A stretch of 64,000 nt of DNA from Octopus sinensis (GCF_006345805.1 NC_042997.1:114948001-115012000), one strand, 5' to 3'. Shown: positions 27,784 through 40,445, numbered from the stretch's first letter. A program made the numbers and translations. The notes: generated by a model from the sequence alone, not told the origin.

Positions 27784-28642
27784 GCAAGCTACTTACCACA
27801 CAGCCACTCCTGTGAAACAAAAAGCACCCATGTTGGCACCATGTAAAACACACCCTGTACATTCTGTATAGTAGTTGGCATTAAGGGCATCCTCCGATGC
27901 CAAAACATGACTGGAGCCTGGTGGGCTTGCCAGCATGGAAAACAGATATTAACTGATTGATGTCACAGCTGTAATGTCTTTGAGCATAAAGTCAGCTTGA
28001 CCAAAGAACACGTTATCACCTCTCTGGTTAATTGCCTTTGATATGACATCAAAATAAAAATCAATTGGAAATTGTAGTTAAGATACCTGTGCCGGTGACA
28101 CGTAAAAAGCACCGTCCAAACGTGGCAGATGCCAGCGCTGCCTGACTGGCGTCTGTGTTGGTGACACGTAAAAGCACCAACCGATCGTGGCCGTTTGCCA
28201 GCTTCCTCTGGCCCCTGTGCCGGTGGCACGCAAAAAACCCCCACTACATTCACGGAGTGGTTGGCGTTAGGAAGGGCATCCAGCTGCAGAAACACTGCCA
28301 AATCAGACTGGAGGCTTGTGCAGCCTCCTGGCTTCCCAGACCCCGGTCAAACCGTCCGATCCATGAAAAACGAACGTTAAACGATGATGATGATGATGAT
28401 AATGCAACCACTTTCTCAAGTTGCTCAAGTCATTCATTGTCAGCCCTAAAGAAATTTGTGATACATTACCAATATCTCACAACCATGTAGCATCTCACAT
28501 CTGATACTCCATGCTGAGGAGGAGAAACACTTTGTTGGGAACACAGATAACTCTTTAACCCTTTTTTTATGCTGATCCATCAAAGACTACTCTTGGTTTT
28601 ATGATACACACTTTTCTTGAAGTTATCTAAATTCAAACCATC

Positions 28643-29044
28643 TCTTTTACTTGTTTCAGTCGTTTGACTGTGACCATGCTGGAGCACTGCCTTTAGTCGA
28701 GCAAATCAACCCCAGGACTTATTCTTTGAAGGCCTAGTACTTATTCTATCAGTTTCTTTTGCCGAACCGCTAAGTTACGGGGACATAAACACACCAGCAT
28801 CAGTTGTCAAGCGATGCTGGGGGGACAAATACAGACACGCAAACATATACACACACATACGTACACATATATATATATATATACGATGGGCTTCTTTTAG
28901 TTTCTGTCTACCAAATCCACTCACAAGGCTTTGGTCGGCCCAAGGCTATAGTATAAGACATTTGCTCAAGGTGCCACACAGTGAGACTGAACCCAGAACC
29001 ATGTGGTTGGTAAGCAAGCTACTTACCACACAGCCACTCCTGCG
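28643..29044 (-). mobile_element. tRNA-derived SINE family A, full length. Other copies: ~1415-1975, 3050-3550, 7740-8112, 15935-16225, 38177-38570, 57262-57570
   Basis: Head with A-box-like TGGCTGTGTGGT and B-box GGTTCAGTCCC, a conserved GCCTTGTGAGTGGATTTGGTAGACGGAAAC centre, an internal (TG)/(TA) tract, and a GACTGAAACAAGTAAAAGA tail. Confidence 0.9.
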
Positions 29045-29410
29045 CATCTGCTAAAATTACTCAGTAAATACTAGCTTAACCCTCTTCTATACCCAACCAA
29101 TTTGGTTGTATGGTATAACATTCCTATTTTAAACATTTGATCAAAATTTCATGTCGGTCTAGAAATCAGCTTAGACAATTATTTTAATTAATTCATTATT
29201 TTCAAAATTAATTGAAACAAAGACTGTAATTACAACAGAAATAAGGCAACAAATGGGTTAAACTGCTTCCATCTGTTTTTACAACAGGCACCATGTTTTC
29301 GCTCCAGTCACTCTGCTGTTGTAACTCATCTTAGCAGAACTTAATGACATGCATCTTGCAGTCTATGCTATCCTTTTTTTGTGGGGGGTTTTCTATAGAT
29401 AACAAATATA

Positions 29411-29826
29411 TATTTCTGTACTACCCACAAGGAGCTAAACATAGAGGGGACAAACAAGGACAGACAAAGGGATTAAGTCAATTACATCGACTCCAGTGTG
29501 AAACTGGTACTTTATTTATCGACCCCGAAAGGATGAAAGGCAAAGTTGACCTCAGCGGAATTTGAACTCAGAACGTAATGGCAGACGAAATACCTATTTC
29601 TTTACTACCCACAAGGGGCTGAACACAGAGAGGACAAACAAAGACAGACAAACTGATTAAATCGATTATATCGACCCCAGTGCGCAACTGGTACTTAATT
29701 TATCGACCCCAAAAGGATGAAAGGCAAAGTCGACCTCGGCGGAATTTGAACTCAGAACGTAGCACCAAAAGAAATACCGCTAAGCATTTTGCCCGGCGCG
29801 CTAACGTTTCTGCCAGCTTGCCGCCT
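29411..29826 (-). mobile_element. Dimeric family-B SINE
   Basis: TSD TATAGATAACAAATATA on both flanks, with the same internal junction as the 12 kb copy. Confidence 0.88.
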
Positions 29827-29881
29827 TATAGATAACAAATATATGTATATCAAATACTATAGAACATAAATTCCTGATTTA

Positions 29882-30477
29882 TTAACCCTGTCACACTGCA
29901 CCCACTCTAGCAGAAATAGCTTAAATGTCATCTCTGTCAGATTCCTTGTACACTGGAAATGAACAACACGTGTTAAAAAAAAATGTTTTAAAGTAGATAG
30001 AATACTAAAATTAGACCCCTGATCATATTGCAGTTTTGTAGTCAAAGTGTGTTTACGACTCACTGTTAATGGCTCCCCCCTTATCAAAACTGTTGTTTAC
30101 TTCTTTTAATGGAAAAAGAAAAAACGATTTTGTTTGTGATATAAACCCAGCTCTTCATCTTGTAAACAAGCAAGGCTGAGGCTCTTTGCTGCTGAGGAGA
30201 TTATTGATGATATTTATTCTTTGTTTGAAGAGTTTACTCTTACACCAGTAATGAGTGATTCGAACCATCAAACTGGTAAAAGTAATGAGGAAAATAACAA
30301 TTTGGATGAGTAAATATGGTAGTTAAGAGATGGGCCTATTACTGTTATTCTGTCCTTTAGTTTGCCTGCAGTTGTTACTCTTCAGCTGTATCTGCAACTA
30401 CTTATTTTTTTTTGCTCAGGAGCCCAGGCGGAAGATAAAGTTAGACTCAGAGGGGCCCAAGTGTATTTGGAGGTTAA
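29882..30477 (+). mobile_element. Longer TTAA-bounded non-autonomous piggyBac-like element, with an inverted homolog at ~8878-9566
   Basis: TTAACCCT...GAGGTTAA ends. 30150-30215 and 30400-30477 match the reverse complement of 9365-9430 and 8878-8955. Confidence 0.6.
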
Positions 30478-30757
30478 AACCATCCCTGCCTCTAGAGGAT
30501 GTGTCCTACTTGACACCAGCTCCAGGGGAGATAATCACTAGAATCAAATTCCTCTTAAGTTGACTTATTAAAAAAAAGGGACAGGTTTATTTCCTCTTTT
30601 AGTTTTATTGTCTGGAGATAAGAGAAGAGTACTGGACACATGTTTCTGACTGAATAACTGTCATTAGTGTAACACTTGTCCAATTTTATTTCCAATAGCC
30701 ATAGGATAATGGCTTTACAGGTCAAAACTTCAAAGTCACTGTCAATGGTATTCTTGT

Positions 30758-30973
30758 TTAACCCTTTCGTTATCAACCCGGCTGAAACTAGCTCTGGCTC
30801 TCAGTACAAATGTCTTGTTTTCATAAGTTTTGAATTCAAATCTTCCACCAATTTATGTGCCTAACACTAGTTTAATTATAACTGAGTTATTTTACTAAAT
30901 TCTTTGTTATATTTAAAATTAATTGAAAAAAACACAGAGCATCTCAAAATAAATAGAGTAACAAAAGGGTTAA
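30758..30973. mobile_element. piggyBac-type MITE, same family
   Basis: TTAACCCTTTCGTTA...TAACAAAAGGGTTAA. Confidence 0.88.
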
Positions 30974-32327
30974 GAATAAATTTGTCCTCTACAAAAGTAC
31001 AGAGTAACCTCTCAGATTCATGTAAAATTGTTTTTATTATAACTATATAAAAACAAACGAGTGTGTGTGTAGTGTAATATATGTATTCATAGAAGCACAG
31101 GTGCCAGTAAGGCATGATCGTTACCAACGTCGCCTTACTGGCACCTGTGCCGGTGGCATTTGTAAAAAGATTTGAGTGAGGTCATTGCTAGTACCACCTA
31201 ACTGGCCCTGTGCCGGTGACATGTAAAAGGCACCCACTACACTCTTGGAGTGGTTGGCGTTAGGAAGGGCATCCATCTTTAGAAACTCTGCCAGATCAAG
31301 ATTGGGGCCTGGTGCGGGCGTCTGGTTCACCAGCCCTCAGTCAAAATTGTCCAACCCATGCTACCATGGAAAGTGGACGTTAAACGATGATGATGATGAT
31401 AGAAGTGTGTGGTGATTGAAGAAAGCTCCTCTGGCAGATGGCATAGTAATCCGAAAGGTAGGAGTACAATACAGAGTTTCTATGCGACTGAAACTCAGAT
31501 TCAATCAATGAGATTATTTCATGAGGAAATGGCTATAATCCTAAGGATAGCAAGTGGTTAAGTAAATATATTCACTTCTCATACCTCCTGACTTTTTATT
31601 GTTTATATAGACACACACACACACATTGGTGTTTGTATCTGCAATCAATTGCATGTCAGCCACAGTGAGTGGTATTGTGGTCAGGTCTCCTTTCAACAAA
31701 TAATCAGGTCACTTTGAACATTCAAAGCTATGAGAATATGTGATCCCTTATTTGTGAGACAGGTAAAGGTTAGGGATAGAAAGGGCATCCAACTGTAAAA
31801 CAATGCTTCATCGTCATTAACATCCATTTTCCATGCTGGCATGGGTTGGACCTTTTGACAAGAACTGGCAAGCTGGAGAGCTGCACCAGGCTCTAGTTGT
31901 TTGTTTTGGCAAGGTCTCTACTACTGGATGCCCTTCCTAATGCCAACCACTGGATGATTTTCACATGGCAGCAACACCAGGGCTTTTTACATGGCAGCAG
32001 CATGAGTGCTTTTTATGTGGCACCAACACCATGAGGGTTGCCAAGTGGCTTGCAAGACAAAGACCTCTCAACTGAGAGAGGGAATGGAACCAAGGGAAGT
32101 CTCTGTGTGCCTAATGAGGGCTGTGATGGAGAGACAGAGATAGCTGGCTTACTAAGAGGAGATATTTGGCCACCCGAGAAGGATGAGGAAGGAAGGAAAG
32201 AGTTGTTCAACCCATGCAAGCACAGGGAAAGTGAATGTGAAATGAATGATCAAATGTATTCATTGGTGATGTAGCCATTTACATTATTTACATTTGATGG
32301 ATATTTGTCCTCATTTTCTTTGTTGTT

Positions 32328-32373
32328 AACACAATGTTTTGGCTGATATACCCTCCAGCCTTCATCAGGTGTC
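32328..32373 (-). ncRNA. Decayed minimal hammerhead motif. Same family at 54579-54623 (+) and, partially, ~54390-54415 (-)
   Basis: GACAC-CTGATGA-A-GGCTG...CAGCC-AAAA-CA-TT-GTGTT. Both deviations are CpG-type transitions from GAAA-CG. Confidence 0.65.
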
Positions 32374-32439
32374 TTGAGGAAATTTTGAACCTGGGTTCTC
32401 ATTCCTAAGTATTTTTAGATATTATTATTATTATTCAGT

Positions 32440-32876
32440 AGTTTTATTTTTATAGCGTGCTTTCACTTCACTACCGAGCGCAGCTCTGTGTGCCTTGGGT
32501 ATGTGCTGTGATTTGTTGTGATGCTCTGATGGTTATTGTATGGAAAGTGTTCTGCGTAGGATGTGTGCAGTGCCTAGTAGTGCAATTTTCTGTATGTTAT
32601 ATGTGTTTGTAAGTCCTGGTGTTTTTGTTATGTATTTGTCTGAATATTTTTTTATCATGCCTAATGCACCTACTATGATAGGAATTGTTTCTGTTTTCAG
32701 GTTCCACATTCTAGTTACCTCTATTTCCAGGTCTTTGTATTTTGAGAGTTTCTCCATTTCTTTTAGAGACACGTTGTCATCTGCCGGTATTGATACATCA
32801 ATTAGAAAGCATTTTTTTTCTTCATGATCTCTGACAACTATATCTGGTCTGTTGGCCTTAATTTCTCTATCTGTGT

Positions 32877-32880
<4 letters not shown>
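32440..32880 (-). mobile_element. 3' fragment of an R4/Dong-type non-LTR retrotransposon (restriction-like endonuclease domain)
   Basis: Open frame IHTDREIKANRPDIVVRDHEEKKCFLIDVSIP...KLSKYKDL...IIVGALG (PD..D..K..KY motif), stop at 32533. Flanked by (ATT)n on both sides. Confidence 0.88.
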
Positions 32881-32923
<43 letters not shown>

Positions 32924-33509
32924 CAGGTCACTGCCTGGAATCAAACTCGAAATCTTGGGGTTAGTAGCCTGCCACTATGCCATATATCCTTCAAATGTAA
33001 ATAACGTACATAATTCCTCATCTCTTAAATATAGAACTGTATGTAGCCATTTGTTGAAGTTATATAGATGTATGGTTAAGCAGTTTTCTTTACAAATGTA
33101 TGATTCTGGGTTCAATCTCATTGCACAGCTAACAAGGTGTGTCTTCTACTATAGCCTGAGCTGACCAATGCCTTGCAGGTGAATTTTGTAGACAAATACT
33201 GTGAAAGCTTGTCACGTGTATGTATGTGTATGTATATATCATCATCATTGAATGTCCATTGTCCATGCTGGCATGGGTTGGACGGTTTCACTGAAAACTG
33301 GTAAGCTGAGGAACAGCACCAGGTTCCATCCGATTTGGCATCATTTCTACAGCTGGATGCCAGCCGCTCCAATAGTGTAGTGGGTACTTTTTATGTGCCA
33401 CCAACACATGTGCCATTTACGAAACACCAGCATTCGGCCATGACTGTAATCTCACTTGGTTTAACAGGTCTTCTCATGCACGGTGTTATATATATATTTA
33501 TGTGTGTGT

Positions 33510-33842
33510 GAAGGTGCATGGCTCAGTGATTAGAGTGCCGAGCTTACGATTATGATGTTGTGAGTTCAATTCCCAGACTGGGCTGCGTGTTGTGTTCTTG
33601 AGCAAGACACTTTATTTCATGTTGCTTCAATTCACTCAGCTGTAGAAATGAGTTGCAATGTTGTTGGTGTCACGCTGTATTGGCCTTTGCCTTTCCCTTG
33701 GATAACATCGGTGGCACGTAGAGGGGAGGCTGGTTAGCATGGGTGACTGCTGGTCTTCCATAAACAACCTTGCCCGGCCTTGTGCCTCGGAGGGTGACTT
33801 TGTAGGTGCAATCACATGGTCATTCATGACCGAAAGGGTCTC
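33510..33842 (+). mobile_element. tRNA-derived SINE family D
   Basis: TGGCTCAGTGATTAGAG A box, GAGTTCAATTCC B box, and TGTGTTCTTGAGCAAGACACTT body. Partial relatives at ~35905, 45440 and 12900-13080. Confidence 0.72.
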
Positions 33843-34102
33843 TTATGTGTATGTGTGTTAGGAAGGGCAGCCATCTGTGGAAACCAAGCCAAAACAGACA
33901 ATGGGACTTGGTGTGACTCTTGGCTTACCAGCTCCAGTCAAACCGTTCAGCCCATGCCAGTATGGAAAATTGATGTGAAATGATGATGTGTGTGTGCATG
34001 GTGTATATGTTCCCTCATTACCTGATGTCTGATGTTGGTTTGTTTATGTTCCTGTAAGTTAGTAATGGGGCAAGAAAAAAAGAAACTGGTAGAATAAGTA
34101 CC

Positions 34103-34336
34103 TATTTCTTTACTACCCACAAGGGGCTAAACACAGAGGGGACAAACAAGGACAGACACACGGATTAAGTTGATTACATCGACCCCAGTGCATAACTGGT
34201 ACTTAATTTATCCACCCCGAAAGGATGAAAGGCAAAGTCGACCTCGGCGGAATTTGAACTCAGAACGTAACGGCAAACGAAATACTGCTAAGCATTTCGC
34301 CTGGCCTGCTAACGTTTCTGCCAGCTCGCTGCCTTC
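34103..34336 (-). mobile_element. tRNA-derived SINE family B monomer inserted in a family-A tail
   Basis: 14-bp TSD GTAGAATAAGTACC at 34089-34102 and 34337-34350. B-box GAGTTCAAATTCC. Central GTCGACTTTGCCTTTCATCC domain resembling the Meta-type SINE domain. Confidence 0.9.
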
Positions 34337-34686
34337 GTAGAATAAGTACCAAACTGAGTTAATTTGTTTGACTAAATCCTTCAAGACAAGATCTGAAATA
34401 AGTTATATATAAAAAACCGGTATACAATAAGTAGTCTATTTTGAGGGGCCAACCACAATAGAGGCGATTGCATGTAAGAAAAAGTAGGAAAGCAAGTCTT
34501 ACGGCCCATTTGAAGAGTTTCGGTGGAGGTTGGGGGTGACCGCTGTTAACACATGCTGTGATGCAGTGACTGGACAGGTTTTTCATATCAGACACTCTTG
34601 AAAGCTGTAAGGTTGTTAAACAGCAGCAACATTCCTCTCTTACTTGTTCTCCCTTCTTCTTACACACACACACACACACGCATGCT

Positions 34687-34717
<31 letters not shown>

Positions 34718-34784
34718 CTGTTGTGTACATCTGTGCAATATCACTATTCTATCTTCCACCTACGATCTTGACAAGTCATATCTT

Positions 34785-34789
34785 TATTA

Positions 34790-34838
<49 letters not shown>

Positions 34839-34878
34839 TACTACTACTACTACTACTACTATTATTATTATTATTATC
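34785..34878. repeat. (ATT)n/(ACT)n microsatellite. Representative of many (CA)n, (TA)n, (ATC)n, (AAT)n and (TATG)n tracts
   Basis: Directly visible. Confidence 0.95.
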
Positions 34879-36237
34879 AGAATTTGGCTGATTTATACAA
34901 GTTTAGACAGGTGTGTTCTGTAGTCTGCAACATGTTGCTAATTAAGAGCATTAATATCAATTAGTTTTCCTTGTAATAGAGTAAAAGTAGTGAGTGAGGG
35001 GGATAATAATGATAATAATGATAATAATAATAATAATAATAATAATAACTTTCCATTGATTTGTTTCAGTTTGTTTCATAATTTTCTTGTGGCCAATCTT
35101 GTTAGGCTCTCTTTGTCAATAGTTAATATACAAAGGATGCGCAAGGCTCGTGTGTAAACTGGGTTACATGAAAGTTCCTTGTTAAAAAATAATGATATTG
35201 CTTTTAATTTTGTATAGGTCTGTGTGTGTATGTGGTGTGGTGGGGAGCAGGGGGAAGGGGTTCCAGTTGGGAAATTCTTATTGCAAAGCTGAATTCAATG
35301 ATGATATAGTAATTTGTTAATTAAACATGCAGCTCGTTTTGTTTTTGTTTTTTTTTTTTCAGCACCGGAAAAAAAAACAGTTTAATCTGAATGCACCAGA
35401 GAATTACTGCAGTGTAAAAAACAAACCATAAAGCATATATTTACCATTTACGGCTTGACCAGAGGAAGAAGAAAAGTGTCCAGAATATTTGAGAATGATT
35501 TGAAGACAGTTTCTTCCTCCAAAGATTGCAACAAACATTACATGTATCTGTAATTTCCTGGGGTGTCAAGACTCCTGTCATCATTATCTTTTGAGGCTGT
35601 TGAGGCTGTAATGATCACCCACTCCCAGTTCCACTGCCGAAGTGTACTTCCACCTGTGTCTGTAATGTCACTAGCCCTATTTTCAGTTGTCCTCCAACAT
35701 GGGAAGGGAGGTAGGTTGACCACCTTTCAGATGAGTTCCCCTCGGATAGTCCAGCCACCTTAGATGTCTTGTGAGTAGAGTTTGTTGCACAGAGTTTGAC
35801 TCAGAAGACATCTTAGGACGGTCTAGATGCGTGCTCAGAAAATACATCTTTTCCAAGCTTCCTAATAATAGTAATTAATTATTGGGCATTAATGTTATAT
35901 GATGGAAGCATGTGGTCCACTGGTTAGAGTGTTGGTCTCATGATTATAGGTTCAATTCCTAGGCTTGGCAGTTAGTCATGTTCTTAAGCAAAGTACTTCA
36001 TTTCATGTTGTTCCTGTTTACTCAGCTGAAAATAATTACAATCCCAGTGTTTGTGCAGCCCTCTCTCTCCTCCAGCTGTCACATCCTTGATGTTCCACTG
36101 GGTGATGAGGGGGAAGGCTGAGAGGATATCTTTGTTCTTGGCTCTATAGAAACATGAAACAATTAGCAAAAATATGGTAGACGCTTCCAAGTCCTACTTG
36201 TGAGTGATGGTCAGCTGTTTTGTTTTTCTTAAATATT

Positions 36238-37146
36238 CTTTTCTGCTCTAGGCACAAGACCTGAAATTTTTGGGGAGGTGGGGGCAGTTGATTAGATTGA
36301 CCCCAGTACACAACTGGTACTTAATTTATCGACCCTGAAAGGATGAAAGACAAAGTTGACCTCGATGGAATTTGAACTCAGAACGTAAAGACAGACGAAT
36401 ACCACTGAGCATTTCACCCGGTGTGCTAACATTTCTGCCAGCTCACCACCTTACCACTAAATATAATAATCTGTTTTACTAAAGGCACAAGGCCTGAAAT
36501 TTAGGGAGAGGGGACCAGTCGATTACATTGAATCCAGTGTTTCACTGGTTCTTAATTTATCAAGCCCAAGAGGATGAGAGGCAAAGCCAACTTTTGCAGA
36601 ATTTGAACTCAGAATGTAAAGACAGATGAAATACCGCTAAGCATTTCCCCTGGCGTGCTAACGTTTCTGCTAGCTCACCGCTTTAGTACGTATGTTAATA
36701 TTCTTTTCTGCTCTAGGCACAAGGCCTGAAATTTTTGAGGAGAGGGCTAGTCGATTAGATTGACCCCAGTATGCAACTGGTACTTAATTTATCGACTCTG
36801 AAAGGATGAGAGGCAAAGTTGACCTCAGCTGAATTTGAACTCAGAATGTAAAGACAGACGAAATACCGCTGATCATTTCACCTGGTGTGCTAATGCTTCT
36901 GCCAGCTCACTGCCTTGCCACTAAATATAATAATCTGTTTTACTAAAGGCATAAGGCCTGAAATTTAGACAAAGGGGACCAGTTGATAACATTGAATCCA
37001 GTGTTTCACTGGTTCTTAATTTATCAATCCCGAAAGGATGAAAGGCAAAGCCGATATCGGCGGAATTTGAACTCAGAATATAAAGACAGATGAAATACTG
37101 CTTAGCATTTTGCCTGGTGTGCTAACATTTCTGCCAGCTCGCTGTC
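36238..37146 (-). repeat. Head-to-tail array of four family-B SINEs (ABAB, ~464-bp period)
   Basis: The linker CCACTAAATATAATAATCTGTTTTACTAAAGGCA recurs at ~36454 and ~36918. A single flanking direct repeat TTGTTTTTCTTAAATATT encloses the array. Confidence 0.85.
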
Positions 37147-37494
37147 TTGTTTTTCTTAAATATTATATGATGTTAAGGATGTGATCCAACTAGGAGTGAA
37201 CATGTTTTTGGTGTGATCATCATAATCATCATCATCATCATTTAACGTCTGTCATCCATGGGTTGGATGGTTTGGCTTGAGGTGGGATGCTGCACTAGAC
37301 TCCAGTCTGATGTGGCATGGTTCGCACAGCTGGATGCCCTTCCTAACATCAACCGCTTTACAGAGTGTGCTGGGTGCTTTTTACATGGCACCACATGAGC
37401 GTTTTTATACATGGTGCTGCATAGGTCCTTTTATGCAGCACTGCCACATGTGCTTTTCCCCACTAGAAGGACCGATCTTAACACCTCTGCTGTA

Positions 37495-38062
37495 GAGTAC
37501 AGGTCTTCTTGAGTACAGCAAGGCCCAGGCATCTTGGTCTTTTGTCATCTCGCCTGAAAGGCTCAATGTCTATTTCTTTACTACCCACAAGGGGCTAAAC
37601 ATAGAGTGGACAAACAAGGACAGACAAACGGATTAAGTCGATTATATTGACCCCATTGCGTAACTGGTACTTAATTTATCGACCCTGAAAGGATGAAAGG
37701 CAAAGTCGACCTTGGAGGAATTTGAACTCAGAACGTAACGGCAGATGAAATACTGCTAAGCATTTCACCCAGCGTTCTAGCATTTCTGCCAGCTCGCCTC
37801 AGTATACTGAGGTCATTCTTCAGTACCCCATTCCATGTCTTCCTGGGTCTCCCACTTCCACATGTTCCTTCTACTTTGAGAGATTGGCACTTCTTTATGG
37901 AACTGTTGGCAACCTTCCACATCACACGACCAAACCAGCACAGTCTTCTCTTTCGTACACTGAATCTAATTCCTCTCATTATTAATTTCCCTCTCAGAAT
38001 ACATCAGCATTCTGTCGAACATGTACACTTACATTACACACCCAGCGGAGCATGCCAGCCTC
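37495..38062 (-). mobile_element. Degenerate RTE LINE fragment interrupted by a family-B SINE (~37571-37798)
   Basis: RRLCWFGRV and GSGRPRKTW motifs. Confidence 0.78.
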
Positions 38063-38572
38063 GTTTCTTTCTAACCCATTAAACAATTACTATGGTGATT
38101 CCAGAAATGGTTTAAAACTTGAATCAATCAAAGTTGAATTGCATAAAGCAGTGTTGAATAAAATATACACATATATAGGTGCAGGTGTAACTGTGGTAAG
38201 AAGCTTGCTTCCCATCCACATAGTTCTAGGTTCAGTCCCACTGCACTGTGTGGCACCTTGGGCAAATGTCTTCTGCTATAGCCTCGGACTGACCAAAGCC
38301 TTGAGAGTGGATTTGGTAGACGCAAACTGAAAGAAGCCCATTGTGTGTATATCTAAGTATGAGTGTCTGTCCCTTCCCCTCAACACACATCACTACCACC
38401 ACCACAACCGTTTGATAACTGGTGTTGATGTGTTTGCATCCCTGTAACTTAGCAGTTCAACAAAAGAGACTGATAGAATACAGGTTTGAAAAGAAAGAAG
38501 AAAAAGTACTGGGGTTAACTCCTTTCACTAAAAATTCTTTAAGGCAGAGTGCCAGCATGGCAACAGTCTAAT

Positions 38573-38960
38573 TATTTCTTTATTGCCCACAAGGGGTTAA
38601 ACATAGAGGGGACAAACAAGGACAGACAAAGGGATTAAATCGATTACATTGACCCCAGTGCATAACTGGTACTTATTTAATTGACCCCCAAAAAATGAAA
38701 GGTAAAGTTGACCTCGGCAGACAAAATACCTATTTCTTTACTACCCACAAGGGGCTAAACACAGAGGGGGACAAACAAGGACAGACAACTGGATTAAGGC
38801 GATTATATCCACCCCAGTGCGTAACTGGTACTTAATTTATCGACCCTGAAAGGATGAAAGGCAAAGTCGACCTTGGTGGAATTTGAACTCAGAATGTAGT
38901 GGCAGACAAAATACCGTTAAGCATTTCACTGGTGTGTGAATGATTCTGCCAGCTTGATTC
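38573..38960 (-). mobile_element. Dimeric family-B SINE with a small internal deletion
   Basis: TSD TGGC(A/C)ACAGTCTAAT, and the same junction AAATACC|TATTTCTTTAC. Confidence 0.8.
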
Positions 38961-40445
38961 TGGCCACAGTCTAATAAACCAAGTAAAAGATAACAGATTA
39001 CAGCCATGTTTAACATGTTTTGGTACATTTGGAAGTGAGAAGAACTTTCACTGAGGAAATAGCCTCTGGAGAAATGTCTCGTCTTAGACAATATATATGG
39101 AAACACATTGGGCTATGAATGATGTTGAATCATAGGACATCTATATTTCTGTACTGTTGCACATTGTCAGCTAGGGATACTGAATCCATGACATAGGGCA
39201 TATCCTAGGTACTTCTAGACCTGGTGGAGCCCATCTGTTTCCAGGTCTGACTATAATCAGTTTCTTCCAGAAAGAGAAAAACCAATACTTTTATGGGAAT
39301 AGTATTTTATTGATCAGCTAAACAAAATGATGGAAGCAAAGTTGGTCTTGGTGAGATTTGAACCCAGATTGCAGAGAATAAGAATGATTACCGCAAAGCA
39401 AGCTATCAGATACTCTAATGATGCTACCAATTGGCTACCTTAGGAAGGAATTACAACTGTGTTTCGTTGTCTGCTACCACAACAGCTCCTTTATAGGATC
39501 CAGTTAGCTCAAGACATCAGGAGGAACCACGTCTGGTTTTGGCCCCTACTCCTCTACCGTTCTGACATGGCGGGGCCCCGCCTTTCGGAGGTGTCTTCAG
39601 CTCTGGTGTTGGGTGCATGTCTTCTTTCTTCTGTTCCCTGGCCTCTTCGATGTAGCGTCAACGAGTGTCAGCTGGCGACTGACTGACTAGTAAAAGTATG
39701 AGGAAAAGAATCCATGTTTTGTGAGGATGGACGAAAACCAATTTTTTTTTTAAGGGATTTGCATTCTACTTTTGCATCAATGACATTTGTTTAATTAAGA
39801 AATTATGGTGCTAATATCGTATGATATCTACCATCCATTTTCTACTACATCTACCAACTCTCAGTAGTATGAAGCATGCGTGCCCCATGGTTCTTATTTA
39901 TAAGCTCTGCATCAGAGTCCTCTGAGTTTGGAGGTTGATCACCAGTCAACATTTACCACAGTTCATCATCATCATCATCTTCTAACGTCCGCTTTCCATG
40001 CTAGCATGGGTTGGACGATTTGACAGAGGGCTGGCAAACCAGATGGCTGCACCAGGCTCCAATCTTGATCTGGCAGAGTTTCTACAGCTGGATGCCCTTC
40101 CTAACGCCAACCACTTCGAGAGTGTAGTGGGCGCTTTTACAAAAAAGGCTCTGGTCAGCATGATGCTTGTGTGAACAACTAAATGAGCTAGAATTAATTG
40201 CTGAAGGTCATAAGTGGGTTGTTTGGTAGAGTAGATTGTTGTTTACAGTAGGTTGCAAACAGCAAAGTAAATATAATATAGTAACACCGAAATTATTTAC
40301 ACTTTCTAAATGATGTCATTTGTTTCTTTGAGATTATAAATTATTTTGAGTAATAAAGTTAAAATTTTTTATATTTTTAGGCAAAATAAAAAATTTACAT
40401 CATCGTCACCATTTTTGCTTTCCATGCTGGCATAGATTGGATGGT

